Assembly: GCA_013265495.1 (NCBI GenBank)
Contig: MU058531.1
Location: 736,678 to 800,677, forward strand
DNA: 64,000 nucleotides
Source: Vicugna vicugna
Taxonomy: Eukaryota
Reading direction: 5' to 3'
Positions 51,572 through 63,270 of this stretch are shown piece after piece. The translations under genes were made by a program, and so were the position numbers. The notes under the pieces were generated by a model. The model was given only the letters and a program-made list of their open reading frames with translations, was not told where the DNA came from and searched no databases. Position 1 is the stretch's first letter. Every line of letters starts with the position of its first letter.

Positions 51572-52048
51572 GCATACACATAATTGTTTTCATATTCTTT
51601 TTAACCATAAGTTACAAGATATTGAATATGGTTCCCTGTACTGTGCAGTATAAACTTGTTGTTTATCTACTTTGTATCTATTAGTATCTGTAAATCTCAA
51701 ACTCCCAATTTATCCCTTCCCACTGCCTTCCCCCTACCCCAGTAACCATAAGTTTGTTTTCTATGTCAGTGAGTCTGTTTCTGTTTTGTTAATAAGCTTG
51801 TCTTTTTTTTTTAGGTTCCACATATGAGTGATATCATATGGTATTTTTCTTTCTCCTTCTGGCTTACTTCACTTAGAATGACGATCTCCAGGTTCATCCA
51901 TGTTGCTGCAAATGGCATTATTTTATTTTTTATGTCTAAGTAGTATTTCATTGTGTATATATATACACTGCTACTTCTTTATCCAGTCATCTGTCGATGG
52001 ACATTAAGGTTGTATCCATGTCTTGGCCATTGGAATTAGTGCTGCTCT
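51572..52048 (-). mobile_element. Younger L1 3' region inserted in a MIR
   Basis: 'ttccacatatgagtgatatcatatggtattt...cttcacttagaatgacgatctccaggttcatccatgttgctgcaaatggc'. MIR halves at ~51530-51571 and ~52050-52290. Confidence 0.85.
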
Positions 52049-52834
52049 TATATGGTACTTACTACATTCTAGGACTTGTCTAGGTATGCATGTGTATTAC
52101 ATATACATGTACATGTAATGCCTGTGATAATTCTATGAAGTACTTTTTTTTAATTTCCCACTTGACAGATAAGAAAACTGAGGCCCAGTGGTTAAGTGAC
52201 TTTTCCAAGATCACACCAAAAAAGCGATAGAACCAGGATTTAGACCCTAGTCATTCAGGACCAGCGTCTCTGTTCTTAATCATCTATTAGATTCCCTCTT
52301 GGTAGATCACAGCTATTTCTTTTTGACAGAGAGCCAATCTTATAGTAAACCCTCTTCAAAAAAATTTTTTTTTAACAGGAGACCTATGAGAAACAATAGT
52401 TTCACTGCAAAATGTTGACAAGTGGTCAGTTAGGGTTGGGAATATAAATAGCAATTTGTTTTCCTTTAAATAAAATGTCCTTTTTATTGTATAACTAATC
52501 TTCAGACTTAGAAATAGCTTAAGAAGATTTCTATAATTAATCAAAAATCTTTATTTGAATTGGGGTAATGTGTTTGGAAATAAAGATAAATGCAAAGTAT
52601 GGTAAAGGTTCAAAGTGATAAAATGAAGCCTAAGAATTCATGATTTAAAAAAAGGAGGGTAGGAGAGGGAATTTAAGGAATGGGGAACCTGAAATCATTG
52701 TATCCTTAGCAGGTACTATAAAGGAAACAGAATATTTGATTTCATAACCATCTATAAGACTTTTTTTAAATTGAAAGCTGAGATCCAGGAAAATTGAACT
52801 AGTTGCTTGAGATCACAGAAAGTGTCAATGAAAT

Positions 52835-53061
52835 CCATGTCCATCAACAGATGAGTGGATAAAGAAGATGTGGTGTATATATATATATATATACACACAC
52901 AATGGACTACTACTCAGCCATAAAAAATAATGAAATAGTGCCATCTGTAGCAACTTGGATAGACCTAGAGGTTATCATACTAAGCGAAGTAAGTTATATA
53001 GAGAAAGAGAAATATCCTATGATATCACTTATATGTGGAATCTAAACAAGTGATATAAATA
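52835..53061 (+). mobile_element. L1 internal fragment flanked by an 11-bp TSD, no poly(A)
   Basis: 'atgtccatcaacagatgagtggataaagaagatgtgg...cacttatatgtggaatctaaa'. Direct repeat GTCAATGAAAT at 52824-52834 and 53062-53072. Confidence 0.8.
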
Positions 53062-53959
53062 GTCAATGAAATTGAGATCTTTGTTACCTCAAGCCAAGCT
53101 TCTTTGCACTACAATATTTTTAAGAGAACAGAAAAAACACTCTAGTCATTCCAGGCAAGAAGAGTTTAAGAATGAGATGGGTGCTCATTTACAGCTTCTG
53201 TGAATGATCAGGCAGGCACTGCAAAATGCCATAATGCAGAAGACTGACCCAAGGCTGATCAAATGTCTACAGGAAAAAAGGAAAGAAAATTGCCAAATGC
53301 TGATGGCCTGGAAGAAAGGTAAGTCAGTTAAAAGTCAGAGTCCCATGATGGGTACCAGATCATGAAAAAGAGAAGTTACAGCTGTGAGGAAACTGCTGCG
53401 CATTAAAGAAACTCACTCTCCCAGCTGGCATATCCATTTTCACTCTCAAGGAGGAGATTAGTTACTGATAAGACCTATATTGATTTCTCTGGGCCTTGAA
53501 GTGGCCCTAAATATGTAGAATATGATAGAACGAGCCTATTACAATTGTGAGGTTAAAAGCAAGGCACTGTTTTTGCCTCAGTCAACTAAAAAGAAATGAT
53601 CTGCAGAATTAACTCTCTGTATAATGTTATCCCTTAGTTCCACACTGCCTAGAATTAATCAATAAGGATAGATAAAACATTATTATCCTTCAAAAATGAA
53701 TTTGAGTCATAGTCAGAAAGGCTTTTTGGAGATCATGTATTCATTTTATAGATGATAAACTAAAACTTCCAGGGAAGACTTGGATGATATTGGACTTTCT
53801 TGAAGTATGAAATAAATCTCTGTTGCCAAGCACATTTCAACACTTATAATATAGTTGTATGCTGTCTGGAGTTGACTTTGTCTTAGCCATGGATCAGCAT
53901 TCTGGGATGTTCAGGAGGAAAGATTTGTATATATAATGCAGACATAAGTGATCTTACCA

Positions 53960-54560
53960 ATTAGTCAACAGACTGGTATCTGCTTGGTGTGGTCAAAGAA
54001 TAGGAACTTGTGTAGAGTGATGTGGGGCAAGAAGTGGTGGGATGTGGCTGGAAAAGCAAGCTATGTCCCGGTCATCAGGTGCTTTGTAGACCACGACTGG
54101 GAGGATGAAATGGTTTTCTAAGTGCAACTGAGGTTACTGGAGGTGTTTTAGCAGGGGTATGATGTAGCTAATTTCAATCATTCATCCACTCATTCATTTT
54201 GTAAGCAAGTATAGTTTTAGGCTCTGAGGAAACAATAAGATACATTCCCTGCCCACAAGAATCTCAACTTCTATTGGAGGAGACAAAGCTAGAAAATGTA
54301 ATACAAAGTAACAGTAAAGCCTGAAGAGGCAGGAGAAAGTCTATAGAGAAAGGAATGGTTCTATGTATTCTTCAGACAGATCAGGAAGTCTAGATTCAAA
54401 ATGATTTCACATATGGACTTTCATTTGATCTTCATAATAAAACTGGGATGTACAGGTCTTCCCTCATCCCTTATGAAACTGATACTCAGGGAAGCAGAAT
54501 GACGGAGTGAGACTAGACCTCAAGGATGACAGAGTCTAATGTCAAGCCCAGACTTTGACA
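53960..54560 (-). mobile_element. L2 fragments and MIR
   Basis: 'tactggaggtgtttagcagggg'-like L2 text, a (TCAT)n L2 tail at ~54177, and MIR 'gaaactgatactcagg'. Confidence 0.5.
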
Positions 54561-57139
54561 GTGGCAGCTGCTTCCAATTGTGTATTGAGAATAATTGCAC
54601 AGCATTTATGGAAATGCAGTAGGAAAGAATTTTGTGATTTATCATGAAATCTAGAACAGAATCACTACACATTCCTACTTTTAGAAGAGAGACTGAGACT
54701 GAAGAGAAAGAGGCCTTCGAGCTAGAACGCCTCCACAGAGCATTCAGAGCTCCAGAAACTACTTTGAAACTTCACTTATTATCAGCATTTGGGAAGACAC
54801 CAGAGAGTTTTTATTTTCTAATGAAAGTATATCATGGCAGTACTTCAACCTTGCTCCCGAATGAAAAAATGTCTTCTGAAACTGCTATTTTTCCTTGCTT
54901 CCTTCAGCATTTATTGTTTGAGTTCAAAGTTCTGAAGGAGGAGATTCATAAGCAACTAAATCAGTGATGATAAAAATGTTTTTCTCATAGAATTGTTGTA
55001 AGCACAAAACAACACTCTGTGGCAGGGTAGCGGAGGGGAGGAGGCATGGGAATTCTGGGAGTTTTGGGGACTTGGAGAGGCCCAGCTACCCTCCCATGAC
55101 AACTCCAACGGATTGCTTCTCCCAAGGCAGACAGCTGCTCAGGTTGGAAATTGAGTATGGCTTGGAGAGAGTGAGCAAGGTCCAGGATCCAGACCTCAAG
55201 AGGTGGAACTTTTCCACCTCTGCTGCATGAGAGCCTGAGCCCTGGAGCAAGCGAGACCTGGGGTGATTAGCAAGAATTTCCTGGAAAGAACTTGTCTAGT
55301 AAGCTCTTAGGAGTCCAGAGAGAATGGGCAGAGAGAGGAAGAATATAGAGATACAGAGACAATGTAGAGCAAGAAACTCCTGAGCAAATAAAACTACTAA
55401 ACAGATGGCAGCTGGTTACAAAAATTAATAAATGAAATATGATCACAGCACAACTAATACTTTGAGTCTGCAAAACATAATTTAAAAAAAAAGGTTTAGA
55501 TAAACTGAATAGGTTTATGGTATTTTCAGATGACAAACTCAGCATTTAACATCCCACTTATGTAAAATTGGGTGTTTATGTATGTGCATAAGAAAGGAAA
55601 AAATAGGAAGGGAAAAGAATCCTTATAACAATCTTAATGGTAGTTTTCTCAGGATAACCAGAAAAGGGGACTTATGCTTCCTTTAAACTTTTGTGTACTA
55701 TATAAATTATGTCAAATAATATATAATCAAAATTCTATTTTTAATGAATAATAAATGCAATATTATTAGAATTACAGGTGATTTGTAGCCCACAGACGCC
55801 CACATGAAACAATAAGCAGTAAGATAGTTTGGCTTCCTGCAAAAGTAATCCTTTTCTCCAAAGAACTAGATCTTACACGATGCACTGATGGGCAGCTGAA
55901 CATAGAGGCTGAGGGGGCAACACAGTAGGGCAGTGGCATTGATAGGATGCCCACTTCATCCCACTTCACTCCCACCTCAGTGGGACCACTTGTCTCAGCC
56001 CTCAACTGCAGCTTACTACGCATGAACATGTTTCCACGGGTTCACACACACATTGTGCACAAATTTCTCAGCCATCTTGAAAGAAAACACTTTCGGCATC
56101 TAACTTTGTTGAGAATTAAAAATAAGAATCATTGCATAAATCATTAGAAGAATTAAACTATTTCACTTGTTTAAAGGTTATCAAAATTTACAATGTATCT
56201 CACTGATTGAATTCTGACCAAAAAGGAATACGACCAATTAGAAATTAGCAATTCCCTCATGATGCACTGCTTATGCACAGATGCTTGTTTATGCCAAATT
56301 CTCAGAACTGGGAGACTAAACTGTAGTGGCACTTAATGAGGCACTTTATAAGCAACAGAAATTAATGGAAAAAGGGAATTGCCAGTAATTACTGTGACTA
56401 ACACTAATTTAAAATGTCTCTAAATGGAGACATGATAAGGGCATCCCATCTGAACCTGATTAAAGCAAAAAGCCAAACTCAAGCAACTTGGGAAGATTAC
56501 AACTTGCCTCAGGTCAACTGTTGGCAAAGAGCCCACTGGTCCTTAAGCTGCACTTAGCTTAAATCAATCGCCCAAGAATACTTACCTAGAGAGGCCCCCA
56601 GCAGACTGCACCTCCCACAAGTGGGGAGTAGGGGGAGATGTCGCTCACAGTAATTATCAGCAGATATTGCTGTAAAGCACATTCGAAGAGAAATGCCTTT
56701 CTTAACTTTTATGCAGTCAAAGACCTATTTATAGAAACAAAACTATTGGAAATAATGAGAGTATTGATGGAGACAGCATTTAAAGTCTGACCTTTAAACA
56801 ATTACAGACCAAGATGCTGACAACTCTGTGTATTTGACAAAGGCCCTGATATAAAGGCTATTCCAGCAAGGGAAGAGTATGGGACCAACAGAATCATGTA
56901 GGCTATTTGTGCTATTTGTTTTTGACCATCATAACCATCTTCTTCGTATAAAAGATCTCCCCCTGGCCATGGAGAACACTTTCCATGTAGTTTGACTTTG
57001 CCTCCCACCTTTCCACAGTAATGGTCATTTATCCTGGGCTTAGCCAAAAAGAGCACTTCACGCATCTGACCACAGAGATGAGATCACTGTGGCCCCATCA
57101 CATCTTCTCTAAGGCTTGTCAAATGGATAACTGGAGAGC

Positions 57140-57535
57140 ATCAGTCTTGTTCTGGAGTCAAGAGCTTTAAGTACCATCTAAATCTTGAGTTTCTGGCCAC
57201 TATCAATCCTGTTACATGGTGGGGGAAAAGGAGCTCATAAAAATGAAGTCCATACTGAGAAGAAGAGTAAACATAGAGGGAGGGAAAGAAGAGAGAGGAG
57301 AGAGGGAGGAAAGAAACAAATGGAGGGAGAGGGGAAGAGCAGGGAGTTGCTGGGCCACCTCATCCAAGCACCCAGACGCAGCCAGGCCTAAGTCTTGTTG
57401 GGTCATGGAAATTCCAGCTGCATGAGCTAAAAAAGCTCTTTCTAAAAATTAAATTAGTTTAAAGTTCACATTTATTATTTGAAACAGAAATGATACGGCA
57501 TGAGATGCAAAAAAGCTAGCCCTGAGTTACACAAC
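57140..57535 (+). mobile_element. Old MLT1 (K/L-like) LTR with a purine-rich tract
   Basis: 'aatgaagtccatactgagaag', 'ccagctgcatgagctaaaaaa', 'atttgaaacagaaa'. Confidence 0.45.
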
Positions 57536-58836
57536 AATACCTGAAAAGCAACAGAAAAAAAAATACTAACATCGGAAAAGAGAAAATACATTTGCCCACA
57601 CTGCTCAGGGTTTTACCAATTATTTGCAAGAGAGACCTGAAGTCAATCCCATAGTAGAAAACTGCAGAACTCTATTTGAGTTATGATAGCCAGGTCTTAT
57701 TATTTATGTAAGCATAGCTAATGGCATTGTATAGAATGCTAGCGAAAGCCCGACAGCTCTTCTCATAGACTGAAGATTACTGTAAGATTAAGTTTCCAAT
57801 TTGGTTAACCAAGAACACAAAAATGTACCAAATGTAGGGTGGCAATACAGGACAGGAGCAGATACAGCATTTCTAACCACGGATGGCTCAGCTCTCGTAA
57901 GACACTGAGTGGCTGAGTGTCTTCTAACAAGCTAGGATCTCCCCAAATGTAAGAAATTCAATTCTTGCTATCCTACTGCCATCTTATGCTCTAGGCTTCT
58001 CTTTTCGGAAAGGGCTAACACCAAGCACCATTTTCGCTTCAGAGGATTACAGCAGGCTCCCTCGTTCTTAAAATTCAGCCTCGTCAAACCTATGCCCTCC
58101 TCTAAACATAGAAATTAGAGTCATTCTCCAAATGTCCCTGAGTAATGTCTTTGCCTTCAGATTTCCAGTGTTCTGGAAAGCCCATTTACCCCCATTCATG
58201 TCTTGAGTCTGATTTAATACCCTTTTAATACAGAGTCTGGTCTGAAGGTGAAGATCACAAATCAATTTCCACAAAATTTTAATTCTAAAAGGCAGGTTCC
58301 ATCATTCTAAATCAAGTCTTTGTTCTTGTGTTCTGAAGTTTCAAATTTAAGGAAAACACGGCTTCAGATATTTTTAAAGGTAGAAATCTGAAGTGGAAAC
58401 ACGTCAAACAAAAGTTTTAATCAAGTTTTTGGTTCCTAACAAAGCCAGACTAATTTGAAAACACTCCATAAAACAATATGGTCCCTAATGCAATGCCTGT
58501 CAGAGTGTGTCATATATTAGAACAAAATAGTTACATATTTATGAATTTGGTATGGAAGCAAAGGCAAGAATGATTAATTCAGCATGCTTAGAGAAACCAT
58601 AAGTCATCACAATCATCTTTATTATCCTTCAAGTATTTATTGAATGTTTACCACCCTATTATGTAATTTTTATTACAAATATTCATTTTGCAGATTAAAA
58701 AAACAGCACTAAGGAATTTATTTTAGAATCTGCCTCTCTCCTGCTACTAATACTTGGAAATTCTGAGTAAGACACAACTAAAAGCATGAGAGAGAAGCGA
58801 ACATGGGATTGCCAGGCTGCCTGGGAGCATCTGCGG

Positions 58837-58869
<33 letters not shown>

Positions 58870-58877
58870 TACACACC
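58837..58877. repeat. Compound (TC)n(AC)n microsatellite
   Basis: (TC)12 followed by an interrupted AC run. Confidence 0.95.
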
Positions 58878-59084
58878 CCAAATACTTGGTTTTAACAGTA
58901 ACAGGAACGGGAGACAAAACCTTGGACCCTTACAAGTTGAAATGTTAGAGTGAAATGTCTGCTGCCATCCAGGACCACAGGAGGAGGAGGGGTAAGAAAA
59001 TTGGTCCATCCCAGGCCTCTGCCTGGGGTTGGGGTTGGAGGTGAAATAGGCATCTCCTGGAAAATGTGTCATCACAAGCTTGCC

Positions 59085-59530
59085 ATATTAGCTTTTCGCT
59101 ACCATTACAAATTGCCATGAATTTAGTGGCTTAAAACAAAAATCTGTTCTCATAGAATCTGGCAGTCAGAAGTCCAAAATGGGTCTTTTGAGGCTAAAAT
59201 CAAAGACCAGGAATGTGTTCCTTCTAGAGGCTCCACGGAAGAACTCAGGCCTTACCTCTTGCAGCTTCCAGACACCACTCGTGGGTGCTTCCTCCACCTT
59301 ATAAACTAGCTGTGAAGCATCTTCTTTTCTCTTTGGCCTCCTGACTCCCTTGTAATAGGACTCCTGTGATTATATATAAAGGCCACCCGGATAATGTAGA
59401 ATTCTCTCCCATCTCACATTCCTTAACTTAATCATACGTGCAAGGTCACTTTCGCCATGTAAAGCAACATATTCAGAGTCTAAGGATTAGGATGTACACA
59501 TCTTTCGGGACCATTACTCAACCAGTACCA
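59085..59530 (-). mobile_element. MLT1C-like LTR
   Basis: 'tagtggcttaaaacaa...cagaagtccaaaatgggtc...ccttaacttaatca...aggattaggatgt'. Confidence 0.8.
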
Positions 59531-60423
59531 TGGCCCTGAACTGGGTCTAGGAGTTGAACTTGGACTGGCCCAGGAAACACTGAGTTAGGAACTTAAAGTG
59601 ACAGAGGCAAACAAGAATCCTCTGGAAGAATGCACCTTCAGCATAAGCCCCTAGATGCAGAGACAGATTAAGGTTTAATATCAAGGAACCATTAGGCTCA
59701 CAATCAAAATTTACCCACTGCAAGGGAAAACAAGCCACCATCAGTAAGAATCAGCTGGAGTAACAAATAATTATACCTCCAGGAGCTTCACATTATGAAA
59801 TTATTGGGTACAGAATAGAAAAAAAGTAGTATGGTTAAGATGTTCATAGAAAATAAAGAAGTTTGATCACAATCAGAATCAAGAGTCTATAAATAATGGC
59901 CAGGTAGATTTGATAAAGAACTTGGAAAAATAAAATAGCAATTGAAAGTAAAAGCCCAAAGGATGGGAAAAACTTGCAGCAGGCCAGAGCTCTCTACAAG
60001 AACAACTAAAAATGCCAGGTAGATTTTAAAAAGCTCCAATTGTATTAGAGCTGCTAAAGGATTGAGAAGTAGAGGGAAAAACATTCGGGAAAATGCGGAG
60101 CTTCAAAGAGATGAGTGATGACATAAAGACACTTCTACTGGGGTTATTTATGATGTTGTGCACAGAACAAAGTCTGCTGAGTTTAGTGACAAATCAGAAG
60201 AGCTGTTAGCAGTTGGAGGTCTGCAGAGAGAAAATTCATGCCTGAGGCACAACTGGTTTTCCTCTCAAGACATTTGCCAATTCTCAAGCCTGGGAAGGGA
60301 AATATTCACCAGAAGGGGGCCCAAGAATAAAAACTATTCTGTCATTTGAAAACATTCTCCAGCGGTACCCAAAGAATGGGAGATTAAACAAACTGACCGA
60401 GGTTCACCAAACTCCAATCCAGG

Positions 60424-61054
60424 TGAGACAGGAAAGGGGCAGGGCACAGCCATTCAAGAAACCTTACAGCAATTAACATCAAAATGGTGAAAGATTCAAC
60501 CCCCGGTAGGCCTTGAGGCTCAAGATAATGGGAGATTTAACTTCTAGTGGACCTTGAGCTTCATTATACACTCATTGTAATATATTAGCGTGATGAATAA
60601 TACGCCCACAGGCACCATGGCTGTCCCAGGGCTAGCCACAAAAGGTCAAAGAGTGGGAAATGGCCAACTTCCTGGGAATCCCAGCCCCTTCCCCAGAATA
60701 GTTCGACTGGTCCTTCCACTTATTAGTATATGAAGCCACCGAGCCCATAAAAACTGGTAACACATTACCTCGCGGTCGCCCCCTCTCTCTCTCCCTCTTT
60801 GGAGGCGGCCAGCACTCTGTCTATAGAGTGTGTACCTACTTTTAATCTGAGCACCCAACTCCCACACCTCATGGCCTTTCTTTTGCCTTTCAATGTATCT
60901 CTCTGCATAAATCTACCTTTACTCAACTGTGGCTCGCTCTTGAATTCTTTCCTGAGTGAAGCCAAGGACTCACACTTGGCGGCGCACATCCCAGGGGCTC
61001 AACCAAAGCCTGGGACACGGCCCTTCTCACGCCCACATCTGTTTTCCTGTATCA
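60424..61054 (+). mobile_element. MER41-like ERV1 solo LTR
   Basis: Inverted termini TGAGACAGGAAA...TTTCCTGTATCA and 4-bp TSD CAGG (60420-60423 / 61055-61058). MER41-like motifs 'cattatacactcattgtaatatattagc' and 'tcgctcttgaattctttcctg...agccaagga'. Confidence 0.88.
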
Positions 61055-62117
61055 CAGGGGCAATTCAATTCAGACCCTGACTGCATCGAAGCATTTCCCA
61101 TTCTATCTATGTCTAACAGAAGAGTGAACCTTGTTTTACGAAACTGAACCAAAAGTTCATCTAGAGTCTCCATAACTTTTACAATGTCCTATATTCAATA
61201 GGAATTTCTAGGCATCCCAAGGGGAAGAACCATATAAATGGAAGAAGAAAGTAGACGCAATCTGATACAGTGGTGCCAGTAGAAAGGATTTTTAAATAAG
61301 TGAGTAGATTCACTATTTAAAATAAAATTTAAAAAAATAGAGAAATAGAAGAAAATATGGAGAACTGTAACAGACTGAAGTTTATAAAATATAATGGAGT
61401 GAAAATTACTACACCAGAAATTAATAATACAATGATGGATTAACACATCAGAGGATAGGGTTAGTGAAACATAAGACAGCTCAATAGAAAATATTTGAAA
61501 AGCAGTGAGAGGAAAAGTATGTTTTTTATATATATATATAATATACATAAAATTATTTTATTAGTATGCCAGAGGAAGAGAATGGAGCAGAAACAATATT
61601 TGAAGACAATTTTCTAAAACTATTTTAAGATCCACTGATTGAAAAAAACTCTGTAAACCCCAAGCAAAATAACATGAAGCCCCACCACCCCTAGACACAT
61701 CCTAGTAAATCTACTGAAAACCAAGAATAAATTAAGATCTTAAAAGCATCCAGATTATAAAAAGGCACATTATCCTCACGGGAGTGAGATGAAGACTTTC
61801 ATCTGAATTCTCAACAGAAACAACGGGAGCCAGAAAACAATGAAATGACATCTTTAAATTTATAAGAGAAAGTAACTACTAATCAAGAATTATACACTGA
61901 GCAAAAATATCTGCCAAAGACTTATTTTCAGAAAACAAAATCTGAAGTCATTCATCTTGAGCAGAGTTGCTCTAAAACAAACACCAAAGAGACCTGTTCA
62001 GAAAGAAGGAAATTGATCCCAGAGGGAAACATGGAAATGCAACAAAGTAGGAAAAGCTGTGGAAAATATGTGAGTAAACACTAATACACAGTGTCTGCAT
62101 CGTGTCTTGTGTGGTTT

Positions 62118-62770
62118 TGTTAGAGCAGGCAGCTAGCTAGATATGAGCAGAGAAAGGAGGACACAGACCAAATGGCAGGAACTGGGCAGAAAGGAGGGGC
62201 ACAGGCCAAATGCAGGAAACCACACGTCATGTAAGCAGCAGGGATCCTTGGGCAGAGAAAGCAGGAACCTTGGGGCTGATAAGGGATCATGCCTTTTGGG
62301 ATGACAAGTGGCCTGGAGAAGAACAAAGAAAGGTGAGAAAAGGCAGAAGTTTCTAGTGTCCAAATGTAACCTTTTGCTCATTATGCCCTCATTTCAATAA
62401 AATTAGCCTTGCAGATCAGAAGTACCCATCATGCACCGATGCCATGACACTTCCGATCCCGACTAAATAAGGACAACAATCCCTCTTCCCTTTGGGAAGG
62501 TGGAGTTGGAATGATTATCAGGGAATATGACCCCAAACCCTTCCCTCCCCAGTGAATATTCCGCCCATTCATTTTTACACCCTATGTAACTAACTTGCCA
62601 AAGAAACTCAGAACAGCTGCTCACCTGAGCCTGCCCGCTCTCCCCTGAGAGTGTACTATCCATCCTTTAATAAATCCTCACTTTATCTTTTTTAACCTCT
62701 AAGTCTTGTCTCTGAATTCTTTCTGGGACAGGACAAGAACCTGGAACACCGGTTGCATCTATCAGCAACA
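62118..62770 (+). mobile_element. ERV1-class solo LTR, copy B of a family shared with 17868-18532
   Basis: TGTT...AACA termini, 4-bp TSD GTTT (62114-62117 / 62771-62774), AATAAA at 62669-62674. Confidence 0.92.
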
Positions 62771-63270
62771 GTTTAAACAGAATTAAAACAGAGCTACAAT
62801 GCATGAACACAGTAACAGATGGGGGTGATGATTTGAAATGCTTATTCATCTAACTATACATGAAAACAAACTTATAAAGAATGATGGACAAATATACAAA
62901 TTCACAGATTAACACCATAGTCTGAATAATTAATATAAAAAGTAGAAAGAAAGTCAGTAAGGACATGGGTTTGAGCAACATCAAACAACTTGACCCAACT
63001 GACATTTGTAGAACACACCATCTGACATTTGTAGATCTAAAAAGAGGAGATCTTTTTACGTATATCTGGTACATTTATCAAGATAAACCATTCAAAAGTC
63101 TGAATAAATTTTAAGATTCAAGTCACGGAAAGTTTTTTTTTTTTTAATCAGAACAACAACAAAAATATGAAATAGATGGAGGAAAGCTATCTGGGAAAAT
63201 TCCAAGTATTTGGAAACTAAAACAGTTCTCAATCGCCCACAGGTCAAAGAGTAAGTCAAAAGGGAATTCA

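Larger units (their letters stand above)
59690..63270 (+). mobile_element. Fragmented old L1 (5' region, ORF1, inter-ORF and ORF2 endonuclease remnants) carrying two solo LTRs
   Basis: 'ggagcagaaacaatatttgaag', 'tctcaacagaaacaacgggagccagaaaacaatg', 'aacttgacccaactgacatttgtagaacac', 'ggaaaattccaagtatttggaaactaaa'. Confidence 0.7.

Noticed and set aside
52096..52119. 24-bp near-palindrome attacatatacatgtacatgtaat
   Set aside because: Low-complexity alternating purine-pyrimidine tract within a MIR, where such symmetry arises easily.
56802..57065. 87-aa minus-strand ORF in unique sequence
   Set aside because: No recognisable homology or clear exon structure, and its length is within the chance range for this window.
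18533..62117. Giant provirus or composite element bounded by the two homologous LTRs
   Set aside because: Each LTR has its own different TSD, there is no PBS or internal retroviral gene, and the interior is ordinary ancient genomic DNA.
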